Source: Nitrospiraceae bacterium (lineage in GTDB: Bacteria; Nitrospirota; Nitrospiria; Nitrospirales; Nitrospiraceae). From it: DNA of 44,453 nt. Each line of letters opens with the position of its first letter. The stretch's first letter is position 1. A program made the position numbers and the translations under genes. Shown piece after piece: positions 1-10,833 of this stretch. The stretch covers positions 1-44,453 of the forward strand of contig JBBIQV010000026.1 in the NCBI GenBank assembly GCA_037442105.1, given 5' to 3'. The notes beneath the pieces are model-generated. The model ran no database searches and was not told where the DNA came from. It worked only from the letters and a program-made list of their open reading frames with translations.

Positions 1-54
1 CATCAGAAGCCAGCAACCAATTGAATTTGTTTGAGTAACGTTGGGACACTACTG
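1..54 (+). mobile_element. Probable right end of an IS4-family insertion sequence (last codons of a transposase plus terminal inverted repeat); element continues left of the window
   Basis: Frame 3 reads SEASNQLNLFE* (3-38), a QLNLF clamp-binding-like C-terminus I recall from IS4-family (DUF4372-type) transposases. It is followed at once by TTGGGACACTACTG (41-54), resembling their terminal IR. The endonuclease-like sequence begins abruptly at 55. Family assignment is from recall. Confidence 0.55.
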
Positions 55-610
55 GTTCCTTATGTCAAATCAAGGCCGGGAAGCAGAGGAGGATGAAGTT
101 GGCCGAATTGACAGTGTGTTGGTGCGGCAAGACAGTGACCGTCTCCACTGGTGTGCGCTAGAAATGCAGGCCGTCTATTTCTCTGGCGGGAAAATGGAAG
201 ATGATTTTGCAGTTATGCGGAGGTGGAATGAATCAGGTCTCCCCTTCCCCGCAAAGCAGCGACGTCCAGACTTCCGTTCCTCTGGCCCCAAACGACTCAT
301 GCCTCAGCTCCAAATTAAAGTCCCCACGCTTCGCAGATGGGGGAAGAAAATGGCGGTGGCAGTTGATAATGCGTTCTGGAAATCGCTTGGAGCAATGCAG
401 CGCACGCCACACATTTCAAATGCTGATATTGTATGGTTTGTGGTTGATTATGAGGGACCGACAAGAGACCGCTACAAACTCAAACCACATGAGGCGGTAT
501 TCACTACTTTGGAGCACGCGGTCGAGGGTCTTACTGGGGGAATGCCAGTGTCGCTTGAGCAATTCGAGCACGCGATACGGGAGAAGCTTGAGCGAGGCGA
601 AGCCAGGTGA
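55..610 (+). pseudogene. NotI-family restriction endonuclease, C-terminal ~185 codons; 5' part cut off, probably by the IS
   Basis: Motifs VGRIDSVLV (PD-like), CALEMQAVYFSG (ExQ) and RRPDFRSSGPKRLMPQLQIKVPTLRRWGKK match the NotI family. An in-frame TGA at 32-34 and the absence of an N-terminal Cys-rich region indicate truncation. Convergent with a DNA methyltransferase. Confidence 0.7.
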
Positions 611-1601
611 GCTCTTTCCCTACCAGGAGTTCCGTCATCCTGGCATGATGGGTATTCTTCATGGCAACAGCTTGTGTTTCGAATCCACACTCAGTAGCTA
701 GGTCCACAATCTCAACAGTGCTGTCATAGGTAAGTAACACACTTCCCTCTACTCTCTTGAGCAAGGTAAATAAACTCCGTTGATCTACCTGCCAGTGGGT
801 ATAGAGCCGACGTGCTGCAATCGTGTAGGGTGGATCAACGAAGAATGCGGCATTTCTTTCACGCGCGTAAGACCGGATGACCTCCATCCCATCTCCCTCT
901 ATAAAACTAAATCGTTCGCGCACTGCGGCAATAGTCCGAATCCTACTCGCTAGAGTATGCGGGTACCAACGAGAAGAGAGACCGCGTCCGTTTTCTCCGT
1001 TTTTCACCAGTCCGGCTCCAGTGGCCATAATCCCCCCTCGCTGGACTCGATTTCTTAAGATGGTAGAGAAGGCGCGTTCACGAGGGTTTCTTGGTGCCTT
1101 ACGGAGAGCAGCCAGAACATTCGCTTTAGTAAGCGAAAACTCTTCAATCTTTTGCGCAAGCCATTCGGCTTGTCCGCTGAGAATTACCTTCCAAACAGCT
1201 GCAACATCTGCATCTTTTTCTACTAGGATTACATGATCGGCCAATCGTTCAATGCCAGCAGTTAATCCGACTATCCCACCACCAGCAAACGGCTCAATGA
1301 GCAGTTGGGGCCTTGGCCTCAGACTATTGAGCCAGCTGCGTACATAGGGAACCAGCCAAGTTTTTCCTCCTGGATAGCGGAATGGAGATCGGTGAGGAAC
1401 AGCGGCTACATTGATTGGTTGATCCAGCTCAACATGTGCAGCGGTTCTATAGACCGCCTCGGGATCTTTTGCGATATGAACCTGCGTATCGAGCTCACGT
1501 GCGTATTCAATAACACGACTCGCGAGGATCTGCGGCACTCGGACTACCGTTGTCTTGCCGCTAAGCCATTTCCCAGAAAAAGTTGTGGACGATCTACCCA
1601 T
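531..1601 (-). CDS. Dam-like (D12 class) N6-adenine DNA methyltransferase with short N-terminal extension
   Basis: Motifs SPFRYPGGKT, IEPFAGGG (SAM-binding) and FVDPPY (catalytic). ATG at 1601 preferred over 1748. 3' end overlaps the endonuclease 3' end by 80 bp. Confidence 0.9.
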   Translation of the reverse strand: MGRSSTTFSGKWLSGKTTVVRVPQILASRVIEYARELDTQVHIAKDPEAVYRTAAHVELDQPINVAAVPHRSPFRYPGGKTWLVPYVRSWLNSLRPRPQLLIEPFAGGGIVGLTAGIERLADHVILVEKDADVAAVWKVILSGQAEWLAQKIEEFSLTKANVLAALRKAPRNPRERAFSTILRNRVQRGGIMATGAGLVKNGENGRGLSSRWYPHTLASRIRTIAAVRERFSFIEGDGMEVIRSYARERNAAFFVDPPYTIAARRLYTHWQVDQRSLFTLLKRVEGSVLLTYDSTVEIVDLATECGFETQAVAMKNTHHARMTELLVGKELTWLRLAQASPVSRARIAQATLAFPQ

Positions 1602-1820
1602 TTCGGAAGCTTGTAGCGTGGGAAATGACAGAAAGTCAATCCCTTGTAACAAGGGATTGCTCTTTTTTTTCGAAGATCGCGCTTTACTCTGATGCGGCGG
1701 TGAGGGTGTGGTGCCTGGAGCGCCATGGCCATAGGAGCAGGGCCTCAACGGAAGCAGGAAAGCTGAAACTTAGTGAGGCACGGCGCTCGTGGAGGCAGAT
1801 GCAGGCCACAGGGCTTTCTC

Positions 1821-1829
1821 TGTTATAAT
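1821..1829 (+). promoter_or_regulatory. Candidate extended -10 promoter for the VIT1/ferritin-like gene
   Basis: TGTTATAAT (TGnTATAAT) about 54 nt upstream of ATG 1883. Confidence 0.4.
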
Positions 1830-1882
1830 CTCTCACGCATCTTTGAGGACTTGGACTGGCCTCATCCTCTGTAACTTCTAGC

Positions 1883-2848
1883 ATGACAACTCCTCACCAC
1901 CATGATCCCCGTCTGGCACGCACCCTGATTCTGGATGAGCTGTTCGATCTCTCGCTCTATCGGGCGCTAAGAGGGATTTCGGCGGATCGTGACGCGCAGA
2001 AGACGCTGGACGAGCTGATTCATGTCGAAGTCCAGCACTTTGCCTTCTGGCAGAAGTTCTTCGATACGAAGCTCGATCGGCTTGATCTGGGGCGGCAGAC
2101 GAAGTTACAGGTCATGGTGCTGGCCTGCCGCTTGTTCGGCACAACGGCGGTGCATCTGGTGCTCGAAGCCATAGAGGTCCACGGAGTGCGGAAGTACCTG
2201 GCGCTGTGGAGGGAATACCAAGGCCAGCCATTGGCCGAGGCATTGAAGGGCATTCTCCTGGATGAGTTCAAGCATGAGGATGTGCTGGTCACAAAGCTGA
2301 CCGAGAGAAAGATCAACGCGGAGAAAATCAGGAACATCTTCCTGGGATTGAATGACGGACTGGTCGAGATTCTTGGTGCGGTGAGCGGGTTCTTCGGCGC
2401 ATTCGGCGATGCGGTGACGGTGTTGGTGGCCGCTTCAACCACCGCGGTGGCCGGAGCCCTCTCCATGTCGGCCGGGGCCTTCCTGGCGCTCAACTCGGAA
2501 AAGGAGGTAAAAACGACCGAGGGCGCAAAGAAACTTTTCCTGGGAACGGAATCAGACGTCAGTCCGATGGAGGAACAGCCGTTGGCTTCGGCGCTCGTGG
2601 TGGGCCTCGCCTACTTTGCCGGCGCAGTCGTGCCGGTGCTGCCCGTTTTGATCGGCGCGAAGGACGCGATGTTCTCCGTTCTCACCGCCGGACTGATGGT
2701 GATTTTCGTTTCGTCGATCCTGTCCTTCCTGTCCGGCATGGATATCAAGCGCCGCATCCTGCTGAATCTCGTGATCATCACCATAGCCGTTAGCGTCACC
2801 TACACCATCGGCCTGGCCGCCAAGTACTTCTGGGGGATCGCGGTCTAG
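1883..2848 (+). CDS. Rubrerythrin/ferritin-like domain fused to VIT1/CCC1 transporter (MbfA-like iron exporter)
   Basis: N-terminal ExxH di-iron motifs (EVQH, EFKH). C-terminal GLNDGLVE and AGALSMSAG VIT1 signatures with about five TM helices. Confidence 0.85.
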   Translation: MTTPHHHDPRLARTLILDELFDLSLYRALRGISADRDAQKTLDELIHVEVQHFAFWQKFFDTKLDRLDLGRQTKLQVMVLACRLFGTTAVHLVLEAIEVHGVRKYLALWREYQGQPLAEALKGILLDEFKHEDVLVTKLTERKINAEKIRNIFLGLNDGLVEILGAVSGFFGAFGDAVTVLVAASTTAVAGALSMSAGAFLALNSEKEVKTTEGAKKLFLGTESDVSPMEEQPLASALVVGLAYFAGAVVPVLPVLIGAKDAMFSVLTAGLMVIFVSSILSFLSGMDIKRRILLNLVIITIAVSVTYTIGLAAKYFWGIAV

Positions 2849-2939
2849 AAAGGCTACGATGCACGAACCCGGAGAGCGATGCCAGGAAGACTGTTTCAAC
2901 ATCCTCCTGGAGGGAGAGGCGGCATCTTCAACGGAGGCC

Positions 2940-3395
2940 CTATGGCTGCGGCTTCTTGAAGATCAACGCCAGAAACGCGGAGTCCGTTCCATGCAACCCC
3001 GTCAACGCTTGGACCATTTGCCATCCGTTCTGGCTATAGGAGTTCCCCTGGACTTCCAACTGGAGTCTCGTCGCTTCGATCAGCGTTGAGTCGCTTTTCG
3101 AGGAGAAATTGGCGACCACAACCTTGTAGGCAATCGGCTTTGCCGCAGTGGGACGCACACAGATAACCAGATGCAAGGTCAGGTTGCTCACGCTCGGTTG
3201 CATCGCCATGACGGCTTCCCACCCCTTTTGTCCTAACTCATTGAGCACATGCTCCCACTTGAATGGGTCACTCGGTAGGACCACAGTGTACCGATCACTT
3301 GTTGAGAGAGGCACACCTTGCGCCAATACAGACTGCGAGGGCCAGAAGAGCAGCCCAACGATGGCGAGGCTCAGGAGTAGGTGGCAACGGTTCAT
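2940..3395 (-). CDS. Secreted hypothetical protein with two DUF4177-like repeats
   Basis: Signal peptide (..SQSVLA|Q). Two repeats Y.VV...LNELGQKGWEAV and YKVV...NSYSQNGWQMV. Confidence 0.65.
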   Translation of the reverse strand: MNRCHLLLSLAIVGLLFWPSQSVLAQGVPLSTSDRYTVVLPSDPFKWEHVLNELGQKGWEAVMAMQPSVSNLTLHLVICVRPTAAKPIAYKVVVANFSSKSDSTLIEATRLQLEVQGNSYSQNGWQMVQALTGLHGTDSAFLALIFKKPQP

Positions 3396-3557
3396 TCAGA
3401 GTATCGGCCTTGTGTCGCGCTATTATGATGAACGCGGGCGGCTTCAGACCATACCCAGTTTGAGGTACTGCGCGATGGCGAACATGCCGAGATGGCAGGT
3501 TACCGTTGTAGGAATGGACTGCGTAGCACAGGTACTGGATGGATGAAGAAGGGCGAC

Positions 3558-4430
3558 CTATCGGCCTAGAGCGACTTTGACGGTGTTGCCAATCTCAGCG
3601 GGGTTCTTGACAACACGGACTCCGGCGGCTTCCAGCGCATTCATTTTCTCTGACGCCGTGCCTTTACCGCCGGAGATGATGGCGCCGGCATGGCCCATGC
3701 GGCGGCCAGGAGGCGCCGTGATGCCGGCGATAAAGCTGATCACCGGCTTTTTGACGTTCTCCTTGATAAACGCAGCGGCTTTTTCTTCCGCATCGCCGCC
3801 GATCTCACCGATCATGACGATGGCTTCAGTCTCCGGGTCTCTCTCGAAGAGCGGGAGCACATCGACGAAACTGGTCCCGTTCACCGGGTCGCCGCCGATG
3901 CCGATACAGGTAGTTTCTCCCAGCCCCAGCGTGGACAATTGGTGAACCGCTTCGTAGGTGAGGGTTCCACTTCTGGAGACGACACCCACCATCCCGCGCT
4001 TGTGGATGAATCCGGGCATAATGCCGATCTTGCTCTCATCCACGGTGATAATCCCCGGGCAGTTTGGCCCGATCAGTCGGACATCGCGGCCACGCAACGC
4101 GCGCTTCACACGCACCATGTCGTTGACGGGAATGCCTTCGGTGATACAGATCACAAGCTGGATGCCGGCATCGGCCGATTCCAGAATCGCATCGCCCGCA
4201 AAAGCCGGCGGCACAAAGATCAAGGACGTGTCGCACTGGGTCTTCTGCACCGCGTCACGAACCGTGTTGAAGACCGGAATGCCTTCGACTTCCTGCCCCG
4301 CCTTCCCCGGCGTCACGCCCGCGACGATCTTGGTGCCATAGGCCTTACACTGGGTCGCATGGAAGGAGCCTTCCTTCCCCGTGATCCCCTGCACCACCAC
4401 CCGCGTATTCTTATTGACCAGAATGCTCAC
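3558..4430 (-). CDS. sucD: Succinyl-CoA synthetase alpha subunit
   Basis: [20 protein letters not shown] and MGHAGA (phospho-His) motifs. Confidence 0.98.
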   Translation of the reverse strand: MSILVNKNTRVVVQGITGKEGSFHATQCKAYGTKIVAGVTPGKAGQEVEGIPVFNTVRDAVQKTQCDTSLIFVPPAFAGDAILESADAGIQLVICITEGIPVNDMVRVKRALRGRDVRLIGPNCPGIITVDESKIGIMPGFIHKRGMVGVVSRSGTLTYEAVHQLSTLGLGETTCIGIGGDPVNGTSFVDVLPLFERDPETEAIVMIGEIGGDAEEKAAAFIKENVKKPVISFIAGITAPPGRRMGHAGAIISGGKGTASEKMNALEAAGVRVVKNPAEIGNTVKVALGR

Positions 4431-4678
4431 AGCGATCCCCTTTCCAGAAGACGATCACTTCGTTTGTCAAGCCTGATTTGGAACCGGTATCCGGCCTTCG
4501 TCCATATCAATTAAATCAGAAACATTTATAGCCACCAGGTCCACATGAGACGCCAAGTCGGGATAGACCTGCTTGCGATACGTTATCTTGCATGATCGGC
4601 CCGATATGATTCGATTTGCCTCGCCCACTCCTCTTTCTCTGCCATCGTATGGGGTCGAGCAGGGCAGATTGGCTATCA

Positions 4679-4800
4679 GCGGGGTGACTGAGTTGTCCTC
4701 CACTGCGCGCGTCCACCGAGCACATCGTCCACCACCAGTAGAAATCCGATTATCAGATGTGCGGGGTGCGCGAGCACGGAGGGCAACTCGCTCGCCCCGC
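4679..4800. repeat. ~120-nt imperfect inverted-repeat element (REP/MITE-like) in the sucC-sucD spacer
   Basis: GCGGGGTGACTGAGTTGTCCTCC (4679-4701) pairs with GGAGGGCAACTCGCTCGCCCCGC (4778-4800) at 19 of 23 positions. Nested stem GCACATC/GATGTGC (4720-4726 / 4756-4762). Confidence 0.6.
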
Positions 4801-4806
4801 CGACTC

Positions 4807-5985
4807 CTATGCCGCTTTCCCCGTCATCCTCACGATCTTCTGCGCCGCCTCCCACAGATCATTCGCCACTTCCACCTTGAGACCGGATTCCTGAAGAAAT
4901 TTCCGTCCTTCCTCGGCGTTGGTTCCTTGCAACCGCACCACCAAAGGCACGTTGATCTGCACTTCCTTGGCCGCCTCGATGACGCCGTGCGCGATCCGCT
5001 CGCAGCGGACGATGCCGCCGAAGATGTTGATGAAGATGCCCTTGACGTTCTTGTCCTTGAGCAGGATACGGAACCCCGCCGCCACGGTCTCCTTCGTCGC
5101 ACCGCCGCCCACATCCAAAAAATTTGCCGGCTCGCTGCCCGCCAGCTTGATCACGTCCATCGTCGCCATGGCGAGGCCTGCACCGTTCACCATGCAACCG
5201 ATGTTGCCGTCGAGCTTCACATAGTTCAGGTTGTTCTCGCTCGCTTCGATTTCGAGCGGCTCCTCCTCATTGAGGTCCCGCATCTTTTGCACATCTTCAT
5301 GTTTGAAGAGACCGTTGTCGTCAAAGGACACCTTGCCGTCCAACGCGAGGAGTTGTTTTTCTTTCGTGATGATGAGCGGGTTGATTTCGACCAGGGCTGC
5401 GTTCTTCTCCATGAACAAGCGATAGAGATTACCGAGCATCTGCACGAAGGGGTTGATGACGGCTGGTTCGATGTTCTGAAGCCCCAGCGCAAACGCCACG
5501 TTGCGGCCGTTGTGGCCTTGGAACCCCACAGCCGGATCGATCGCTTCCTTGATGATCCTTTCCGGCGTCTTGGCCGCCACCTCCTCGATCTCCATGCCAC
5601 CCTCGGTGCTGGCGATAAAAACAGGCCAGCCCGAATCACGATCTACGAGTAGGCTTAAATACAGTTCCTTTCCGATATTCGCGCCTTCTTCGACGAGGAG
5701 GCGCCGGACAGTTCTCCCTTTTGGTCCGGTCTGGTGCGTCACGAGCGTCTTGCCGATCAATTCCTTGGCCAAGCCCGGCACCTCGACCTTGTTCTTGGTA
5801 ATCTTGACGCCACCGGCCTTTCCCCGGCCGCCGGCATGGATCTGCGCCTTGACGACAAAGACCGGGGTATTCAGCTCGTTGGCCCAAGCCGTTGCCGCTT
5901 CAGGGGAGGTAATCTCTTTTCCGCGCGGCACCGGCACCCCAAACTGTGCAAACAACGACTTGGCCTGAAATTCATGAACGTTCAT
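4807..5985 (-). CDS. sucC: Succinyl-CoA synthetase beta subunit
   Basis: MNVHEFQAK, KAQIHAGGRGKAGG, NGAGLAMATMD and ANFLDVGGG motifs. Confidence 0.98.
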   Translation of the reverse strand: MNVHEFQAKSLFAQFGVPVPRGKEITSPEAATAWANELNTPVFVVKAQIHAGGRGKAGGVKITKNKVEVPGLAKELIGKTLVTHQTGPKGRTVRRLLVEEGANIGKELYLSLLVDRDSGWPVFIASTEGGMEIEEVAAKTPERIIKEAIDPAVGFQGHNGRNVAFALGLQNIEPAVINPFVQMLGNLYRLFMEKNAALVEINPLIITKEKQLLALDGKVSFDDNGLFKHEDVQKMRDLNEEEPLEIEASENNLNYVKLDGNIGCMVNGAGLAMATMDVIKLAGSEPANFLDVGGGATKETVAAGFRILLKDKNVKGIFINIFGGIVRCERIAHGVIEAAKEVQINVPLVVRLQGTNAEEGRKFLQESGLKVEVANDLWEAAQKIVRMTGKAA

Positions 5986-6000
5986 TTCTTCTCCTCAAAA

Positions 6001-6088
6001 AGCGAATAGCCAATAGCTCGTAGCGAATAGCCAGAATCGCTTATTTCTTCCTCTGAGCCATTCGCTGTTCGCCGCCAGCTACCCGCTA
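6001..6088. repeat. Inverted pair of heptamer arrays (GAATAGC / GCTATTC-like)
   Basis: AGCGAATAGCCAATAGCTCGTAGCGAATAGCC, then GCCATTCGCTGTTCGCCGCCAGCTACCCGCTA; period 7. Confidence 0.7.
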
Positions 6089-7666
6089 CTCTTTTCTCGC
6101 GTATGCCGGCAACACCATCGGCGAGATCACCGAGGACGACACGCCGTGTTGTTTCGCTTCCGCGCGGAAACGAGTCAAGTGCTCCAGCGTCAGCGGCCTC
6201 TGTTTCATCGACGCAGCACGCTGTGCCGCAGTCGTCCCCGATCGTTTGCCGAACACCATCAGGTCCAGCAGCGAGTTCCCCATCAAGCGATTGCGCCCGT
6301 GCAATCCGCCCGAGGCCTCTCCTACCACAAACAAGTTCTTTGACTCGGACTCGCCATTCACATCAATCTTTACGCCGCCGTTCTGATAGTGCAGCGTCGG
6401 GTAGATCAACACCGGGTCTTTGGAGATATCGATCCCGAACCGTTCGAACTGGGTCACCATCGCCGGGAAATGCTTCTTGACCGTTCCCTCTCCATGCTCG
6501 ACCTCGAGTAACGGGATATCCAGCCAGACGCCAACGCGGCCGGACATGGTGCGAATGCCTCGTCCTTCCTCGCACTCCCGGATGATCGAGGAGGACACCA
6601 CATCGCGTGTATCGAGCTCGTTGACGAACCGTTCGCCTTTGGCGTTGACCAGGTGGCCGCCTTCAGAACGAATGCCTTCCGTCACCAAGGCGCCGATCAA
6701 CTGTTCCGGATAGACCGCGCCGGAGGGATGGTACTGGAAGGTATCGATCTGGAGCAGCTTCGCGCCCATCCGATAGGCCATCGCAAGCCCATCGCCGGTC
6801 GCGCCGTAGTGGTTGCTCGTCGGAAAGCCCTGAATGTGCAACCGCCCGATGCCGCCCGTCGCCAGAATGACTACCTTGGCCGCCACGACCACAAACCGCT
6901 TGTTATCGAGATCGCGGAAGACCGCGCCGGAACAGATACCCTGCCCGTCACTCAAGAGCTCGACTGCCGCACAAAATTCGAGGAGCTGAATCTTCTGATT
7001 CAGGATCTCGTCCTTGAGCACGCGCATGATTTCGAGCCCGGTATAGTCCGACGCCGTAATCAGGCGAGGTTTCGAGCTGCCACCGCCCTTCTTGACGTGG
7101 AGATTGCCGTCTCCATCCCGGTCGAACAACACTCCGAGGCTCAACAGCCACTTGGCCACTGAAGGGCCTTCCTCCACCATCGTCTTCAACAATTGGTGGT
7201 CGTTCTTCATGTGACCACCTTTGAGGGTGTCGAGAAAGTGCGTGATGGGGGAATCTTCCTCGGTCACGGCTATTTGCATGCCGCCTTGGGCCATTACCGT
7301 GTTCGAGTCGCCTAGCCGAAGTTTCGTCGCCAACATGACTTGCGCGCCCTGCGCATGCGCATGTAATGCTGCCGCACAGCCGGCTCCACCGCCTCCGACG
7401 ACTAGGACGTCCGTCGTGTAGTCAGGTTTGAGAGCCAGATCGGCCGGGACAGGGCTTTCGCCCTCTAATAAAGCGGCCAGCTCACGCACGGTCATTTCGC
7501 CGGCATTGGGACCGAACTTAATGGGACGATAGGCGCTCTCGCGAAAGTCGGGGTGGTACTTCTTGATGAGCTGATCACGGTCGGCCAGTGAATACTTCGG
7601 AACGGTCTGCTTACGCCGGGCGTCTCGGCTCTTATGAACGATCTCTTGTAGTTTGTGGATGTCCAT
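6086..7666 (-). CDS. frdA: Fumarate reductase / succinate dehydrogenase-family flavoprotein (rTCA fumarate reductase A)
   Basis: GGGGAG Rossmann motif, TVMAQGG, FQYHPSG, TEGIRSEGG, HYQNGG, LHGRNRLMGNSL; lies inside the rTCA operon. Confidence 0.85.
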   Translation of the reverse strand: MDIHKLQEIVHKSRDARRKQTVPKYSLADRDQLIKKYHPDFRESAYRPIKFGPNAGEMTVRELAALLEGESPVPADLALKPDYTTDVLVVGGGGAGCAAALHAHAQGAQVMLATKLRLGDSNTVMAQGGMQIAVTEEDSPITHFLDTLKGGHMKNDHQLLKTMVEEGPSVAKWLLSLGVLFDRDGDGNLHVKKGGGSSKPRLITASDYTGLEIMRVLKDEILNQKIQLLEFCAAVELLSDGQGICSGAVFRDLDNKRFVVVAAKVVILATGGIGRLHIQGFPTSNHYGATGDGLAMAYRMGAKLLQIDTFQYHPSGAVYPEQLIGALVTEGIRSEGGHLVNAKGERFVNELDTRDVVSSSIIRECEEGRGIRTMSGRVGVWLDIPLLEVEHGEGTVKKHFPAMVTQFERFGIDISKDPVLIYPTLHYQNGGVKIDVNGESESKNLFVVGEASGGLHGRNRLMGNSLLDLMVFGKRSGTTAAQRAASMKQRPLTLEHLTRFRAEAKQHGVSSSVISPMVLPAYARKE

Positions 7667-7670
7667 GGAA

Positions 7671-7773
7671 CAGCTCTCAGCTGTCAGCCTTCAGCTATCA
7701 GCAGGGACCAGCCAAAAGGAGTGCATGTTCTTTTGTCCTTCAGGCTGAAAGCTGATTGCTGATCGCTGAAAGC
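7671..7773. repeat. Inverted pair of heptamer arrays (TCAGCnn / GCTGAnn)
   Basis: CAGCTCTCAGCTGTCAGCCTTCAGCTATCAGC ... GCTGAAAGCTGATTGCTGATCGCTGAAAGCT. Confidence 0.8.
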
Positions 7774-7778
7774 TTTTC

Positions 7779-8492
7779 TTATTTCAACTCCGCACACATC
7801 ATCGCCAGTTCTTGATCTTTCATCTTCAGGATGCGGTCCCACTCCTTGTTGTATTTGCCTGACTCAATTTCTTTGATGCGATGGTCGAGTTGCTCCGGCT
7901 TCTCCACAAAGTGCACCCCCTGGGCCCGGCTCACATAGAGCGCAACGAGGCTGGGCGCGATATCGGCGATGCAGACCGGTGCGCAAAGCCCGCACATAAC
8001 GCAGTCCATGAACATTTCAGATACGCTCTTGAAATCTCCGAAAACGGCTTTCCAGACTCCCTCGCGCACGTCGATCTTCTGCGGACAGGCTTCCGTGCAG
8101 GCGTTGCAGTTCCGACACAGAGGGGCCTCGGGATAAAGATTGAACAGGTCTTGCTTGGGATCTTGAAGCTTCGCGATGTCGTAGACCGCTTTGCGGGCTG
8201 GGAACGGCGGCACTATCGAGAACGACATCCCGTCCTCGACCGAAGTCTGACAGGCCAGGCACGTCTTCACCTTGGGATCATCTTTCGTCCGGTAGTAGGT
8301 CGCGCAGGCGCCACAGAATCCGCCGAGGCATCCGGCCCCACGCACCACCTCGTGTCCCGTATACCACAGAGCCTTGATGACGGTGATCCCTTCCGGCACC
8401 TCGAACTTCTTGCCGTAGATTTCAACCGTGACCATCTTGTGCCGGATCACTTCCGGCTGGTCGATGATGTTCTCTGTGGTTTCTTGGGCCAT
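7779..8492 (-). CDS. frdB: Fe-S subunit of fumarate reductase (2Fe-2S plus two 4Fe-4S motifs)
   Basis: CLGGFCGAC...C, CRNCNACTEAC and CVMCGLCAPVC; adjacent to the flavoprotein. ATG 8492 chosen over TTG 8501. Confidence 0.8.
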   Translation of the reverse strand: MAQETTENIIDQPEVIRHKMVTVEIYGKKFEVPEGITVIKALWYTGHEVVRGAGCLGGFCGACATYYRTKDDPKVKTCLACQTSVEDGMSFSIVPPFPARKAVYDIAKLQDPKQDLFNLYPEAPLCRNCNACTEACPQKIDVREGVWKAVFGDFKSVSEMFMDCVMCGLCAPVCIADIAPSLVALYVSRAQGVHFVEKPEQLDHRIKEIESGKYNKEWDRILKMKDQELAMMCAELK

Positions 8493-8505
8493 GTCTTGCA
8501 AATCC

Positions 8506-8575
8506 GCTTTCAGCTCTCAGCCGTCAGCTTTCAGCTTCGGATGTCCGAGCTCTGATCGCTGACAGCTGATGGCTT
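8506..8575. repeat. Inverted pair of heptamer arrays (TCAGCnn / GCTGAnn)
   Basis: GCTTTCAGCTCTCAGCCGTCAGCTTTCAGC ... CTGATCGCTGACAGCTGATGGCT. Confidence 0.8.
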
Positions 8576-8577
8576 TC

Positions 8578-10833
<2,256 letters not shown>

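Noticed and set aside
41..54. TTG start of the 189-aa ORF at 41
   Set aside because: It lies in the putative IS terminal repeat with no RBS; the ORF is better read as a truncated nuclease gene.
4467..4703. 78-aa minus-strand ORF between sucC and sucD
   Set aside because: It starts inside the stem-loop repeat and has no RBS or recognisable motif; not called as a gene.
7671..8575. Repeat arrays as a possible CRISPR
   Set aside because: Units are 7 bp, degenerate and contiguous, with no spacers and no cas genes.
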